DNA of 64,000 bases from Azolla caroliniana (Eukaryota > Plantae > Polypodiophyta): positions 6,448,001 to 6,512,000 of the forward strand of contig JBHGNT010000007.1 of NCBI GenBank assembly GCA_043228905.1, in the 5' to 3' direction. Shown here in pieces: positions 38,137-50,893 of the stretch (within the stretch, counting starts at the first letter, position 1; each line of letters begins with the position of its first letter). A program made the translations under genes and the position numbers. The notes under the pieces are model-generated. The model was not told the origin of the DNA. It was given only the letters and a program-made list of their open reading frames with translations, and did no database searches.

Positions 38137-41100
38137 ATGAACAAGGGAAAGAAAATCGTCAGGTTAGTAATATTCATTACATTTTTTAAGATTCCTAAAG
38201 ATTCCTTAAAGATTCCTTTCCTCAACACATAGAAATTTTATTTTATTTTGTACAACGAACTTGGAAAGCAATTCTGAAAGCCAGGACCTTCAACCAAAAT
38301 CCGATGCACTGCAACGGATTTCGGTTGAAAGTCCTGCCTTTCAACCAAAATCCAATGCACTACATCGGATTTTGGTTGAAAAAAATGTTGTTTTTGCGAT
38401 AAAAAACTATCGCACGGGACCATAAAGTTGACGTAATTTAAATGATAATTTGCGTGATTTAGATGAAATTGTACGTTGTTTCTATGTTTTCACCAACGTT
38501 TTTAATTTCAGTGAACCCAGACAAAAAGTTCCTTCATTTAGATTGAAGATTTGATCTCTGACAAAACGAGATTCTGGCTCCTTCATGAAGGACACGAGTA
38601 AAAAGAATTTATTTGACTCAACGGGGGAAGGAGGATCCAAGTCATCTGTGGCTACTACCAAAATCAACAAAGGTAGTACGCAAGAGGAGAAAACGGTTGA
38701 GGTGAAATATAAGGATTACCCCGAACTTGAATGGTGTCTCTCTTATGTCGAGGAGGATGGGGTGTTGTTATTGATAACGACAAAATCGGACGGGGAAGGG
38801 AAACTTCAGCTTGGAAAAACATTTAATTACGGGCATGTAACCAAGCTAGAGTACGAAGACATTGATTCTACATGTATTTTAATCGACGTCTCGAGCTCAG
38901 TTGGCGACAAGCGATTGCGACTTGATGAGGGAAACCTAGTACCCGAATCTTGCAATCCCAAGGCTTTGCGTAAAGACCTGCAAACGAAAAATAACTTGTT
39001 GGTAGCTCTTCGGCCGTACGTGACAGGAGAGATGATGACCGGTGAAGCAGAAACTCCACCGAAAAAGTCTAGGAAGACAAATCCTGTTCAAAAGAAATAT
39101 ACTAAACGACCACGACCCGAAGAAGAAGAAGAAGAAATATTAGAGTTCGTGGAAGAAGAAGACGACCAACAAGTCGACGTCGTGGCTCCAGGCGGACAAC
39201 TATCTTCTGGTGTCCTGACGTCAGAACAAAATAAAATAAGAGAAAATATTGTGAAGACTAAACTTGTGCGCAGGGGCCAACTATTTCATTTGCCCATTAC
39301 TTCTATCCAAAGGCCCCCCATTGACCCCGTGACTGGAAGACGTCCCTTGGAAATTAGGGAGCCGCACTCCGTCCATGTGCAAAACCTGAAAAGCAAAATG
39401 AAAATCAATCCTCACGCTACTGTGGTGCCATTTTTGGTAATGGTTGATCAAGAACAATGCCCAACAGTAGCAGATTTCAAGTATAGCTCTGCAGACGATT
39501 ACACATACTATGTAATCGGAGGATCACATTCGGCCGAAGCTCGACGACAGCTTGTCAAAGAATATCCTCTCACGCCGTTCTTCAAATACGCCGAATGTAA
39601 GGTATATGCAGGACTAACTCACGAGGAGGCGAAGCTGCTCGCATGGGACCATAACAATGACAACGATTATAGGCAAAAGATGTCATGTATAGAGAGGATA
39701 AGATTTTTTCATCATGAATACCTCGATGCCTTGAATCGTTTTGGTCCAAGATTGTGGCCTGGATTGCGACGTCAGTGTTTATTGGAAGTAGGGATTGCAG
39801 TGGATGAGAGTACCAAATCCGAAGGTCTTCGAAAATATGATTCTTGGTTTCAACTAGCTTTTCGGACCGGAGAGGTGTGGGATCTCCAAGACAAAATATT
39901 CTCTATGTGGGAGCGGAAAGAAGTCAAGGGGCAAAGATCAAAAAAGGGAAGAATTGATCCACAAGTTGAGATGAAATCAAAGACCAAGGGAAAAAGCGAC
40001 TTGGTAATCGAGGAGTTACCAGAGGACATGAAACTTTTACCTTGGAGATCATTACAAGGTATCAAAGATGATAGATTGTTAATATCCGTGCTATCTCGAG
40101 TGGTTGCCAAGGAATTTAGTTTGGACGAGATGGTAACAGACTTGCAAAAGTAAGTGTTTATAGTATACCTTTTCATGAAAGTCTTCAATTCTTTTGAATA
40201 TCTTATTTCTAATTTCATATTGATTGTGCAGTCACAAGGTATACATGAAGATTCAGGAGTTGATGATGCAAAAACTGAGTTTACCGACATGGGAAGAAGA
40301 ACTTCTTCCTACAAGGCATTGGAGGAATATTTTATTGTATTTAGAGAATGGGTATGTGTCTTTTGAATGTTGATATGTTAGAAAGTAATGTTCCTTGCTA
40401 ACAACAATGACACTTGCAGAAACCATCAAAATCGAAAAAGAACAACGACAATAATGACGGTATTCCAGCGGCCTTCATCATGCACTTAGAACGTGCGAAA
40501 TATGAGAAGAGAATGACCAAAGGGAAGGAAATGGAACTGCCCGAGGATTCGGAGACTGTAAAGAGTTTTTTGCATAGGTTCGATCCTTTCAAACAGCTTC
40601 ATTATAGTGTTTTCAATGGCGAAGTATCCCAGATGCTCGAACTGTTACCGAGAAGGCACTACACTTTGCTGATAGCTGACATACCATATGGTTTCCGTAT
40701 TGCGGGATCAACATATGATGATGTGCCTTTCAAGTACCCTTAGATCGAGAAAATGGTAAAGGATTTTGCAAAATTGACATTGGCCCCCTTGTGGAGGATA
40801 GTCATATTTCATAGCATGGGGCAATCACTGTCAGTCACAATAGCTTTGAAGTCCCGTTGTCATGCCACTGAACACATGCATTGGTGCGTTATAGTTCGCT
40901 TTTACTCATTACAGTACTTCTTATTATATGTACACATTTACACCTCTAATACTTGATTTTCTTTCTCTATAGGATCAAAACAAATATTACACGTAGCCTT
41001 GGCGATCGAATGGTTAGTGCGGTCGAACATTTTTGTGTGGGATACTATGATTCAATTACAAAAAAGAAGGCTAGAGCACATGTCAATGAGCGTAACGTGG

Positions 41101-41702
41101 TTAACTACATCATGTGCCCAGCTGTAACCAAAAAATTAAGACATGTGTCAGGGGATAAAAGTATGGTGAACCCTTATCAAAAACCTCAAAGATTGATCAA
41201 CCGCCTCATAGAGCTCTTCTCGAATCCAGATGATTGGGTCCTAGACTTGTTCTCTGGCACAGGTATAATATATATATTTAATTTCAATCTTGTCTATCAA
41301 GTTTAAGATGTTACTTCTTATATATACTTGTTTGTGTTCATGCGACCATTAGGTACAACGATAGCTTGTGCATTGAAGATGTTTAGAAATTGTGTTGCAT
41401 TGGAGAAGGACCCTGCTCAAGTTAACTTCATCAAAATGAGGATCACAAGAATCTGGGACTGTCCAGATCAGGATCAAGAAGTCGGAGCAAAACACATCAA
41501 CGAGACAGAGATGTTCCAGATGACTTCACGAGAACCAATGGAACCAATTGATGAAGAAGCAGGGGAGCTGGTGGACCTGGAAGATGTAGCACAGTTTGAC
41601 CATACATCAGATTCGGGAGAGCTTGGAGATGACACGAATGAAAACAGTCTAGAACAATCAGCGCCAGAGGAGCCTGCTCTGCTTGATTTGCTTATACATT
41701 GA
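38137..41702 (+). pseudogene. Outer-element ParB-MTase gene (6 exons, disabled)
   Basis: Exons 38137-38162, 38512-40149, 40232-40351, 40420-40883, 40973-41262 and 41353-41702, with the same intron positions as the inner copy. TGA at 38552, a frameshifting deletion near 40298 and TAG at 40741. Retains IGGSHSAEAR, ADIPYG, NPYQKP and LDLFSGTGTT. TATA-like TATATAA at ~38013. Confidence 0.88.
38288..38385. repeat. Two palindromic units 51 bp apart in intron 1 of the outer ParB-MTase gene
   Basis: TTCAACCAAAATCCGATGCACTGCAACGGATTTCGGTTGAA and TTCAACCAAAATCCAATGCACTACATCGGATTTTGGTTGAA; the caacc motifs start at 38291 and 38342. Confidence 0.85.
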
Positions 41703-43734
41703 TGTAGATGGCGTAATGTAAAAATTGAGGATTTTGAGGCATAATGTTCACCATCACTTCATATTATATTTGTATATGAGAACATCTGTAATTGTTTATT
41801 GTTTAATTAAATTCACCTGTTCATAATTTCCCTTTTTAATCATTATTGGAACCGTTGTTTGTATTTACATATAATTGGTCACCATGCTCTTCTTCAGTTT
41901 GAGATATTAACATGATATTGTAATTTCTCATTTCCGTTAGCATGACTGTATATGAAAAGGCGAATGTTTTTGATAATAAGAGGTTTTTAGTTACCTACGG
42001 TTCAAGTCTACTGGTTCCACATAGTATAAATGAATGTCGTACGTAATTGTTACTCTTACCAATTACATTGTCATGAACTATATGACATTATACAATGAAA
42101 CTATCGATATACCCGTCCAACAAGTGGGGTACTACTTTATTCCTAAACCCAAAACCACATATTTATAATTACGGTTTATGTAGTTTTACTCTACAATTTG
42201 AATATGGATACCAATTTTAGAACTTTATATTGAACCAAGTCTTCAATTGTGCTCCATGATATGCAAATTGACACGAATGTGGACACATATACAATTTAGT
42301 AATTGCTAGGTTTTTTTTGTTCTATATTTAACCATCAAGTCGCAAAAGGGGTACGCATGCATCGTATATTTTCCATATCATGCTAAAATAGGGTACTTTT
42401 CTACATCTGGCCAACTATGCCAAAAGAGAATACGACATATTACCTGTTTCAAATGACCCGGTGTTATTAGTTATGTGTCATAGAATATGATTCTATGACA
42501 CATAGTTAATGTGTGGATAAGAGTGGTGACTTTTGACCTTTGAGTGCACACTCTCAAGGGTGTGTTCACACACTAGACTAGGTTGAGCTTGATTCTCAAC
42601 AATTCAATATGTGAAACTTATTGATCAATATTTGTGCTACATATCAATCACACTATTGGCAATACAACATTTCTTTCTAGTGCACCTTTTCCTTGGATTA
42701 TATCGTTTGCAACAAAAATACAAATGCAAAACCAACTTATAATAATGAAATATGTTTCAAATCAAACCACCATTACACCTAGGGTTCAAATGATGTTTGA
42801 AAAAAACAATAATTCATTAGATTAGAGGAAAGTAATGGAAACAATTCTACATTAGGGTTTAGGGTTGCACACTAACAACTTGCTCCTAAGAAAATGGCTT
42901 TAAAACACAATATCCTTCCATTAAAAATGCAACACTAACAAAGAGGTTAACCAATTTTGCTTATAAGACGAGAAGTTTACTAAACAAGTCTGATATTGAA
43001 ACTTAAAACTTACAATAACAAATCAAACAGTCACAATATATACAATAAATTCAAAACAAAATCGACGAACTTCACCATACTTAAAACTTAGTCTTTACAA
43101 CAAATAATCATCTTAAAACATAAAACATAAAAGTTAAAACATAAATCAACTTATAAAATACTTGAAACTTAAAACTAAATAAACTTAAAACATCCTTTTA
43201 ACATAAAACCACTCAAGCCATGTTTAGGGCTCATTTGGAGATGATGGTAAGAAGCGGTCACAATTCTTGCAACAATCAACATTCGAGTCCCTTGATCTAA
43301 AGGTGAAGGCATCACAATGCAAATATCGAATCTTCTCTGTCGCATATATTGACAACCGCCTCCTAGCTCAACTTGCACCTCTTTGCATTTTTCCGGTGTG
43401 TGTTTTGGAAGTGTTTGGGGAGCTACCAATAAGATCTTGTGAAATGTTGACTGACTCTTCACACCAATTGCTTGCTTCCGCCTTATAGATCCACCGTCTT
43501 CTTCATTGGTTGGTTTTGGTGCACCAACGTGATACTCCACTGTTTGTCTCAGTTCTTTGTAGGACGCCATACATGCCAAAATTTTCGTACGGGCAAGGAA
43601 TTGTAACCCTTGCTTGAGACATTGAATAACAACCTCAATCATTTGTAATTCTGACTCCCATTCCTCCATATCTGACTCAAACTATGATTAATTTGCATGT
43701 TAATATGATCGTTTTTTTAAAATAAGGATAGACG

Positions 43735-43975
43735 ACCACATTAATCAGGTTGGGTGACCTGATTAATAGGGGTAGGGTGACCTTATTAATAGGTTGGGCG
43801 ATCTGGTTAATAGGTTTGGCAACCTGGTACTTGATGTGTTTTTTAAGAGGGTTGGGTGACATGATTAATAGGTTGGGCACTTCCATTAAAATAGGTTGGG
43901 CGACCTGATTAATATAGGTTGGGTGACCTCATTAATAGGTTGGACGACCATATTAAAACAAGTTGGGTGACCTAG
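43735..43975. repeat. ~21-bp tandem repeats (aataggttgggtgacctgatt) inside MULE-like element 1
   Basis: About 10 degenerate copies. Inverted versions (cgcccaacctt) occur at ~20030-20070 near the left TIR. Confidence 0.75.
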
Positions 43976-44659
43976 TAATTGACAAGAAATGTTTTTGAAG
44001 ACGGTTGTGTGACCAAAATAAAAAACAACAAACACAAAAATAGTTTCTATGTGAATAAAAAACAATCACACTATGCGTGCAAAACACAAGGGTTTTGAAT
44101 CAAAGACACTGAAACTATGAATCAAAGACAACAGATAAATTATGAATCAAACATTGAGTCAAAGATAGTAGATAAAAGACACTTGAGATAAACAACAAAT
44201 AAAAGACAACAGATAAACATGAGAGAGAAACAACAATTTTGGTAGCTTTTCTATTAATAAGTTGTTTCGATATACAACAAGTCGTATGTTCGCCATATAG
44301 AAATACAATCACTCACAAAAAGTTGACCATAATTACAACATCTGTCGTTTACAAATTATATGACCATATTTACAATATCCGTCCACCGTACACAAAATTT
44401 CCATGGCCATGACAACTATACAAAATCTACAATATGGGGCCACCGGTCGTAGGAAGAAAACCCAGTACCCTTCGTGCCCCCACCCTTCGACTTGAATCCG
44501 AAGTGAATCCACTTCGCGTTTGGTGAACCACATCTCTGTGCCCTGTCACCAAATATGCATAAGAACACACTTGTACAAAATCCACATGATATATCCAATT
44601 GCAATCACACTTACAAAAGCCGGAGATATTCATCCTCGTAAGAACTCCGCGACCAACAT

Positions 44660-45220
44660 CTATATAGTCTTCATCACGTAAAAACCACAATCCCAACCAT
44701 TTGACTGAGTTGGGATGTGCAATATGTGATGTTGACCCTCCAACACAATGGTGTGGTCTGACGGTTCACGAGAAATGGTTCAAATCGCGATATTTGCAAG
44801 ACTCCGCATGGTGCCAGTCGTTGCGTTGTTTAGTGGATTGTAGAAGACTATTGCACTGTTCAACTTTGCAAGTTTGTGCTGCAACTTTGTCCACAACACC
44901 CAATGGCCTTGAACCATGATTGGAATGAAGACGAAATCATGCTCGGCCACCTTTCGAAGGATGTCTTGCCCCTTCGTCGTTTGCATGTGTAGCTAACCCA
45001 TAGTGGGTCGACTATGGTGAACCGTTCTGTCACCTCAGGTGGTAGCGAGTACTCCATCCACATGGTGAATAATGTCATCGTCCATGCGGATGTCATTTCT
45101 CCATCCTTGCAGATCGTCTCAAGTTCTAACTTTGTAAGGTCAATGACCATATTGAGTCGTGCACTGGTCAACTGGTACCTGTATGCATAGAAACATGCGT
45201 GTATCATGAATCTCTCCACA
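44660..45220 (-). pseudogene. Ulp1/C48-like SUMO protease remnant carried by the MULE-like element
   Basis: DFVFIPIMVQGHWVLW..IVFYNPL followed, in a shifted frame, by PTQSNGWDCGFYVMK (H-D/N-Q-C signature of Ulp1 peptidases). Confidence 0.75.
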
Positions 45221-47211
45221 TTTAATGTTGGATGGTAGGATACAAATTATAATCCACAAATCAACAACCTAGCAAAACCTCCTTCTGGTGTTTGGATCCA
45301 CCATATCACAGCCTTGGCGTGCTCAATTTGTATCGTGGCTACATTCGGTGCAATGTCATCTAAATATGATGTTAGGGGGCCAACATCTATGTTTGACTTG
45401 ACCTCCTTCCGTCTAACTTGCATTTTCGACGATCTCTGTCTCGGTGGCATGGACACATTGGATGGGTTTAGAGCCTCTACTGTATTAGTGGACACACCAC
45501 CCTCTTCAGTGGATATCCCTATCATTTTACACAGTTTCACCACGAATAGACACATGTTATTATCTGAGTTCTGCCAATAAAACCCCCAACACTAAAAAAG
45601 CATGAAAGGCTCGCTCATACTTACATAAGAATCCAATCCGGATGCAATCTTCTTCTTCAACATCTCCAACAGTTCATCCTTTTTGGAGTCGTAGATGGCT
45701 ATCTCGTGCTCCATAAATCTCGCCACGAACTTTGGCTCTGTGTCAACTCGGAGTTCAACGAGAATAGAGTTGAACCTCAAAACAACCCTAACCTTCAGCT
45801 TCGGGATGCATGATTGCCGATTTCTGTGGTACTTGATTTCGGGTCCATAAATCGCTTGAGTGATCTCTGATGCTCATAGCTATTGAAGCATGCCCACGAA
45901 GTACCCTTCTCCTCTATCCGTATCCCTCATGGCAACACTATGTCAATTCCATGTGCCCTGCGTAAATGTGTATCCATGTCGCATTGTTTGCAATATCACC
46001 TTGGTGAGAGGTGACAATACTCAGCCACGATACATGCACAAGCCTTGTTCCCATGTGCATCTCTTCCAACCTTATAAAACGAGTCAAGGCTATGAGTATT
46101 TGTTGTTTGAGTATGTGTTAGACCATTTGTTACGTAATGATTGACATAATACAACGTTACCAAATCCACATACCATTTGGAGGAGCATCTTCATCGAATG
46201 ATGCCATGGCCTATATGGGCTCAATCTGAGGACGATGAACCACCAATGTCTAATCCATGCTCTCCCTAAACTTAGACATGTCGGCTATACAACTTCTCCA
46301 ATTTCTTCTAACGAAAACCCTTTAACAAATCATCAGTCAACATACATGCATCACACATCATTACTAGTAGGCAATGAAAATTGGTTTGTGACATACCTCT
46401 CTTGAGTTGGATATATGTCACCGTTATCGGAATCCCATCACTCTTCGTACTTGGACCTGACAACCATCTACCACCATTCAAGGAAAAATAAACATATAGA
46501 AATGACGCAAAATCGTAAATAAGAAATCAAACATTTTCCGAATTTAATACTCAAACACACCCAAAATTAACTTTAATCAAGCAAAGCATTAATACCTAAA
46601 CCCTTAATAATCAATAATTCTTTGCAAATCTAATCAATGATCAATTAGCTAAATAGTTTCTAAATATGTTCTAAACAGTTTCTAAACAGGTTCTAAATAG
46701 TTTCTAAATAGTTTCTAAGAAAAAACCTAATCACTGGATCAAGCCAAACCCTAAAAAGTTTCTACAATCATACTATCATGTTAAACTGTAAACTTTCTCC
46801 CCAACATTCTAATATCAAGCCATAATATCAAGCTAAACCTTCTCACGAACCCTAATCTCTCGACATGAAAAATCCAACCACATCAAAAATAAATTGTAGA
46901 ATTTAATGTAGAAACAAACACAAACACATACTTAGGAAATAGTAGGGTGGCTATGATAGATGTGATTGCTGGAAATGTTACGTGACGCCTCAATCACTTT
47001 CCCGGCAAAAAAACCCATCAATCTCGTTTGAAAAAATGAAAGAGAATGATAGGTTTCAGGGTTTTGGTTGCTCGCATTTTTATTATCCAAATCGGACGGT
47101 GCAGATTGCACGCGCCATCAACTAATCGACCAACACCATCTAGTGGTCACGATTCCCTCACCAACCCTATTTATGATTTGTTGCATAATAGACACGTCAT
47201 ATACACACACT

Positions 47212-47243
<32 letters not shown>

Positions 47244-47265
47244 CATACATACATACATACATGAT

Positions 47266-50200
47266 GCTTGTGACTAACTACTAACAAAAATTAAAGAGGG
47301 CAAGTGAGGGAATCGCGGGCGCGGACGGTGCAGGTCGCTCAGCTGATGGCACGTGCGATCTCCACCGTCCAATCTGGATAAAAAGCTGACAACGTCTGTC
47401 ACCAAGAGCCCGACTTTGACACAAGGAGCTTGACTCTTTGACAACCTCTACCACCAGGAGCCTGAATCTGTCATAAGGAGCCCCGCTGTCTGACAACCTC
47501 TGTCACTATGAGCCTGACCAACTGTGGGTAGGAGCCCAACTCTCAAAAAAATAAAGTAATAAAGAATAATATAGCAATGTAATAAAATAAAACTGAATAG
47601 GGTATTAGTTAGAGTTATCCCTAAGTTTTGCTAGGTTTATGGTTCAAATCCTTCTTCTTTTTAATTCTTTCTCTTTGGTTTTTTTTCTTCTTCGATTACT
47701 TTCTTTATTAGGGTTTCAACATTTGGTTAGTCACTTTACACTTCATTTACATTTAAGGGTCGTAATAGAGGTATTGAATTCTCGTCTTTACAAGTTACAA
47801 CGTGATGAATTCTTGTCTTTTGCAATTGTAGATATTTTACCCTATGATCCTTCTAATCCGCATCTTGCCCTTAACACTTTTGTTTAAGAAAAATTAGCTC
47901 TGACCATTTGGGCTATGTTGATTGTCACTTTAATATGCAACTCACTCATGTTCCAAGTTAAGTTAACTCTTGTAATTTGGGCTTTTTCTTGATTCTTTGA
48001 CTTTATACCATGGAATACTCTACCTATGGATCATGAGCCAAAATAAGAAGAAATGACACAATGACACATTCACATTTTCAAACTCACTCATTCACTCTAT
48101 TCACAATGGTATGCAACTCACTCATGTTCCACGTAAAGTTAGCTTTCATAATTTGGGCATTTTCTTGGTTCTTTGACTTTCTACCATGGAATACTACCTA
48201 TGGATCATCAATCAACACAAGAAGAAATGACACAATAACACATTCACATTTTCAAACTTGTAGGAAGCATTGGACACCACTTGGAATTTCCAAGGTTAAA
48301 TAGACATAACAAACAACTACTAAAGAGTACAAAAAATAGTGGCACTTATAACATTTCAATTCCACATGAAAGATTCCCTATTAGGGTGTAAAAATAAATT
48401 TCCATACATACATCCCTCTAGAGTACCAGTATCAATATAATACTACCCAATTTTGAATATATACAAGGTATGCATAGAAAACCTTGTGGATGGTGAATAT
48501 CATTCTCACATGCTCATCGGATGCAATAAGTATGATGCCATACTAGAGAAGCATGATACTCAAATCCCACCAAGAAGGATGAGCATATAAGCACATTAAT
48601 TACCTTCACACAATTTTTAACTACAAAATAGCAAACCCCCTTCACAAGGGATCACATGTATGATGACATGTTTAATTGCTGAATGGAAAATAAGAATAGA
48701 TTCTATTATACTCCATTCTCTCTTAACATTCCTCAACTACAATATCTCATGATAATAGGACAAGTTTAGCATGTATTGAACTCATATATTAGTATTCTTG
48801 TAGGATTGTCTATAAGATTGAATTGTGACCCTTTTTGAGCATTGAACAGAAAATACTTGGTTTAACACACCCAAGATCCATACAATGAATCAATGACTAT
48901 TCATATAAGAACATTGAGATATTACCATGATGGCCTTTTCAGTGCAACTACATGTATAACATAACAAAGTTGTGATTTATGTTCGCTTCACAAAGAAATA
49001 TAACAATGTGAGAAAAAATGAGCAAAAAGGTGTCATATAAAGATGCCCCAATATGTAGTTTTAGTTCGTCAATACAAACTTGTGTAAAAAACATATACAC
49101 AGAACATAATGATTTTTGAGGATTTCAAACAGAATTTTCAACATTAACCCTAATTTGAAACTTGAAACTTAATGTCATTGGAGATCTAGTGACATTTTTT
49201 ATGCATAGAGATTGATAACCTGTGAGACTATATTAACAATATGTATCATGGACTAAGTATAATAAAGTGATAATCAAATAGAAGGCTTAATCCGATATCT
49301 CAAACTCCTCAAGATCTTACTCAATTTAATCTTTAATAAAGGCAAATATATGAAGGCACAAGTTATTGGACTTTCCTATCAAAGAACACCAAATAGAGAA
49401 CTATAAAACAGATCTGACTCCACATTGAGTCAGATACAACCAAAATGAGATTCAAATATTGAATTTGATATTACAAAATCCATATACATCATCATCAGTT
49501 TTGGTTATACAAAAGTAGATCATCACCCTCAAAGTAGATCATAAGCAAATCCATTGGCATAAGAGTGTATCATAAGTAAATCCATTGCATTACTCATGTT
49601 GTCAATTAATCATATCCTCTAAACAAAATCCATTGCATACAAAAACCGAAAAATCAAAACTTCATCCTCTGAACAGAATCAAAACTCATAAGCATGTATA
49701 CAAACAATTTCATATAAACAAGCTTTACATCCATGTTACAAATAAGAGGCAAGAAGAAGATACACAAGACGTATAGATGTTATATTACAAAATCAACTAT
49801 TTACAATATGCCATGATCATTCAAGTTGCCTTGGTTACAATATGCAAAAAAGGTTGCCAGCCTTGGTTCCAACATACTAAAAAGATTTACAGCATTGTTA
49901 CAAAAAAGCTTGATAATACACCGATATCATATATTTTATGTTACGAAGTATAACATTTCCTCCAGTTAATATATGGGAAAGCCCAAAATCCGGCGTGCCC
50001 ATTTTGCCAACATTTTCGAAGGAGCTCCACATCTTCGAATCCGAACCATTGCTCCTTACCCTACACCAATGCACACATTTGCTGCAGCTCTTACAATAAC
50101 CAATGCCATTATTCAATACTTGGGCCATACTTACAAAATCTGTTGAATTGGATCTAAATCACCCAATGTCTTCAAGTTGACCATTTGTGGATTATTCAAC

Positions 50201-50893
50201 GGGTCACAATAGACTATTGGGCTCCTCCTCAACATTTCTTCATATTGATGCTGAAATTATAACAATGCATTTATATGATACATTTGAAAAATGGAACAAC
50301 TAAGTCTCTCACCATGTTAGAATATGGAACCATGTGATGAAATGTAAATGAAAAGAAACCCTAAACGATGTAAAACATAAAAGTAACCATGAAAATACAT
50401 ACCTATTATTGCCTTCATTTTGCAGATCGAATGTAGGTGGTTGGGAAGTGCTCGCTGGCGGAAAGTGGTGCTCCTCTCGGATTCTGGCGGAAAGTGTTGT
50501 GCCTCTCTGATTTTGGTGGAAAGTGGTGCTCCTATCTGATTCTTCCCTCCAAATACTCTAAAACTCTCTTTTCAAAATAGGTTCAAAATGAGTGATTCAA
50601 GGTTTTTATAATTAGTGCTCATTAATAATGAGTGGGGCTCCTTTTGATAGAGTCGGGCTCCTGGTGATAGAGGTTGTCAGGCAGCGGGGCTCCCTTTGAC
50701 AGAGTCGGGCTCCTAGTTACAAAGGTTGTCAGACAGCGGGGCTCCTAGTCGGGCTCCCCAATAAGTGATGATATTTTTTCCCCACATCGGACGGTGCAAA
50801 TCGCATGTGCCCTCGGCTGAGCGACCTGCATTGTTCCTCTCCGTGATTCGCTCACTTGCCCTCTTCAATTTTTGGTGGTATTTAGACACCACT
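47266..50893. mobile_element. MULE-like non-autonomous long-TIR element 2
   Basis: ~120-bp imperfect TIRs (aaaaattaaagagggcaagtgag...gcaggtcgctcagc) related to those of element 1; inverted subterminal repeats at 47400-47540 and 50630-50760; 9-bp TSD ATACATGAT (47257-47265 and 50894-50902). Confidence 0.78.

Larger units (their letters stand above)
25429..42465. mobile_element. Outer Sola-like TIR DNA transposon (7626 bp without the nested copy) carrying a transposase and a ParB-MTase gene; pseudogenised
   Basis: 33-bp perfect TIR AACACCGGGTCATTTGAAACAGGTAATATGTCG at both ends; 4-bp TSD ATTA (25425-25428 and 42466-42469). Removing the element restores the LTR sequence gctcATTAgttatg seen in the intact LTR. 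Confidence 0.93.
20326..42601 (-). mobile_element. Ty1/copia LTR retrotransposon whose 5' LTR is split by a 17-kb insertion
   Basis: 3' LTR 20326-20711 (TG...CA); 5' LTR 25169-25428 plus 42470-42601; TSD ATTCA (20321-20325 and 42602-42606); PBS TGGTATCA on - at 25161-25168; PPT next to 20712. Confidence 0.95.
19842..47199. mobile_element. MULE-like long-TIR element 1 (~5 kb own sequence), outermost layer of the nest, carrying a Ulp1-like remnant
   Basis: ~115-bp imperfect TIRs (19842-19957 vs 47081-47199: tgtctattatgcaacaaatcataaataggg...ccgatttggataa); flanking direct repeat TATACACA (19833-19840 and 47200-47207). Confidence 0.75.

Noticed and set aside
26952-41702. Bacterial contamination, prophage or restriction-modification locus
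   Set aside because: Both MTase genes have five GT-AG introns and sit in TIR/TSD-bounded elements inside a plant copia LTR; no restriction nuclease or phage genes are present.
26952-41702. A single 17-kb element with an internal inverted duplication
   Set aside because: A second TIR pair with TSD TGAC, and in-frame rejoining of the split transposase, show a nested insertion instead.
25429-42465. CACTA/EnSpm or hAT assignment
   Set aside because: The ends are AACAC with 4-bp TSDs (CACTA gives 3 bp, hAT 8 bp) and the transposase motifs match neither.
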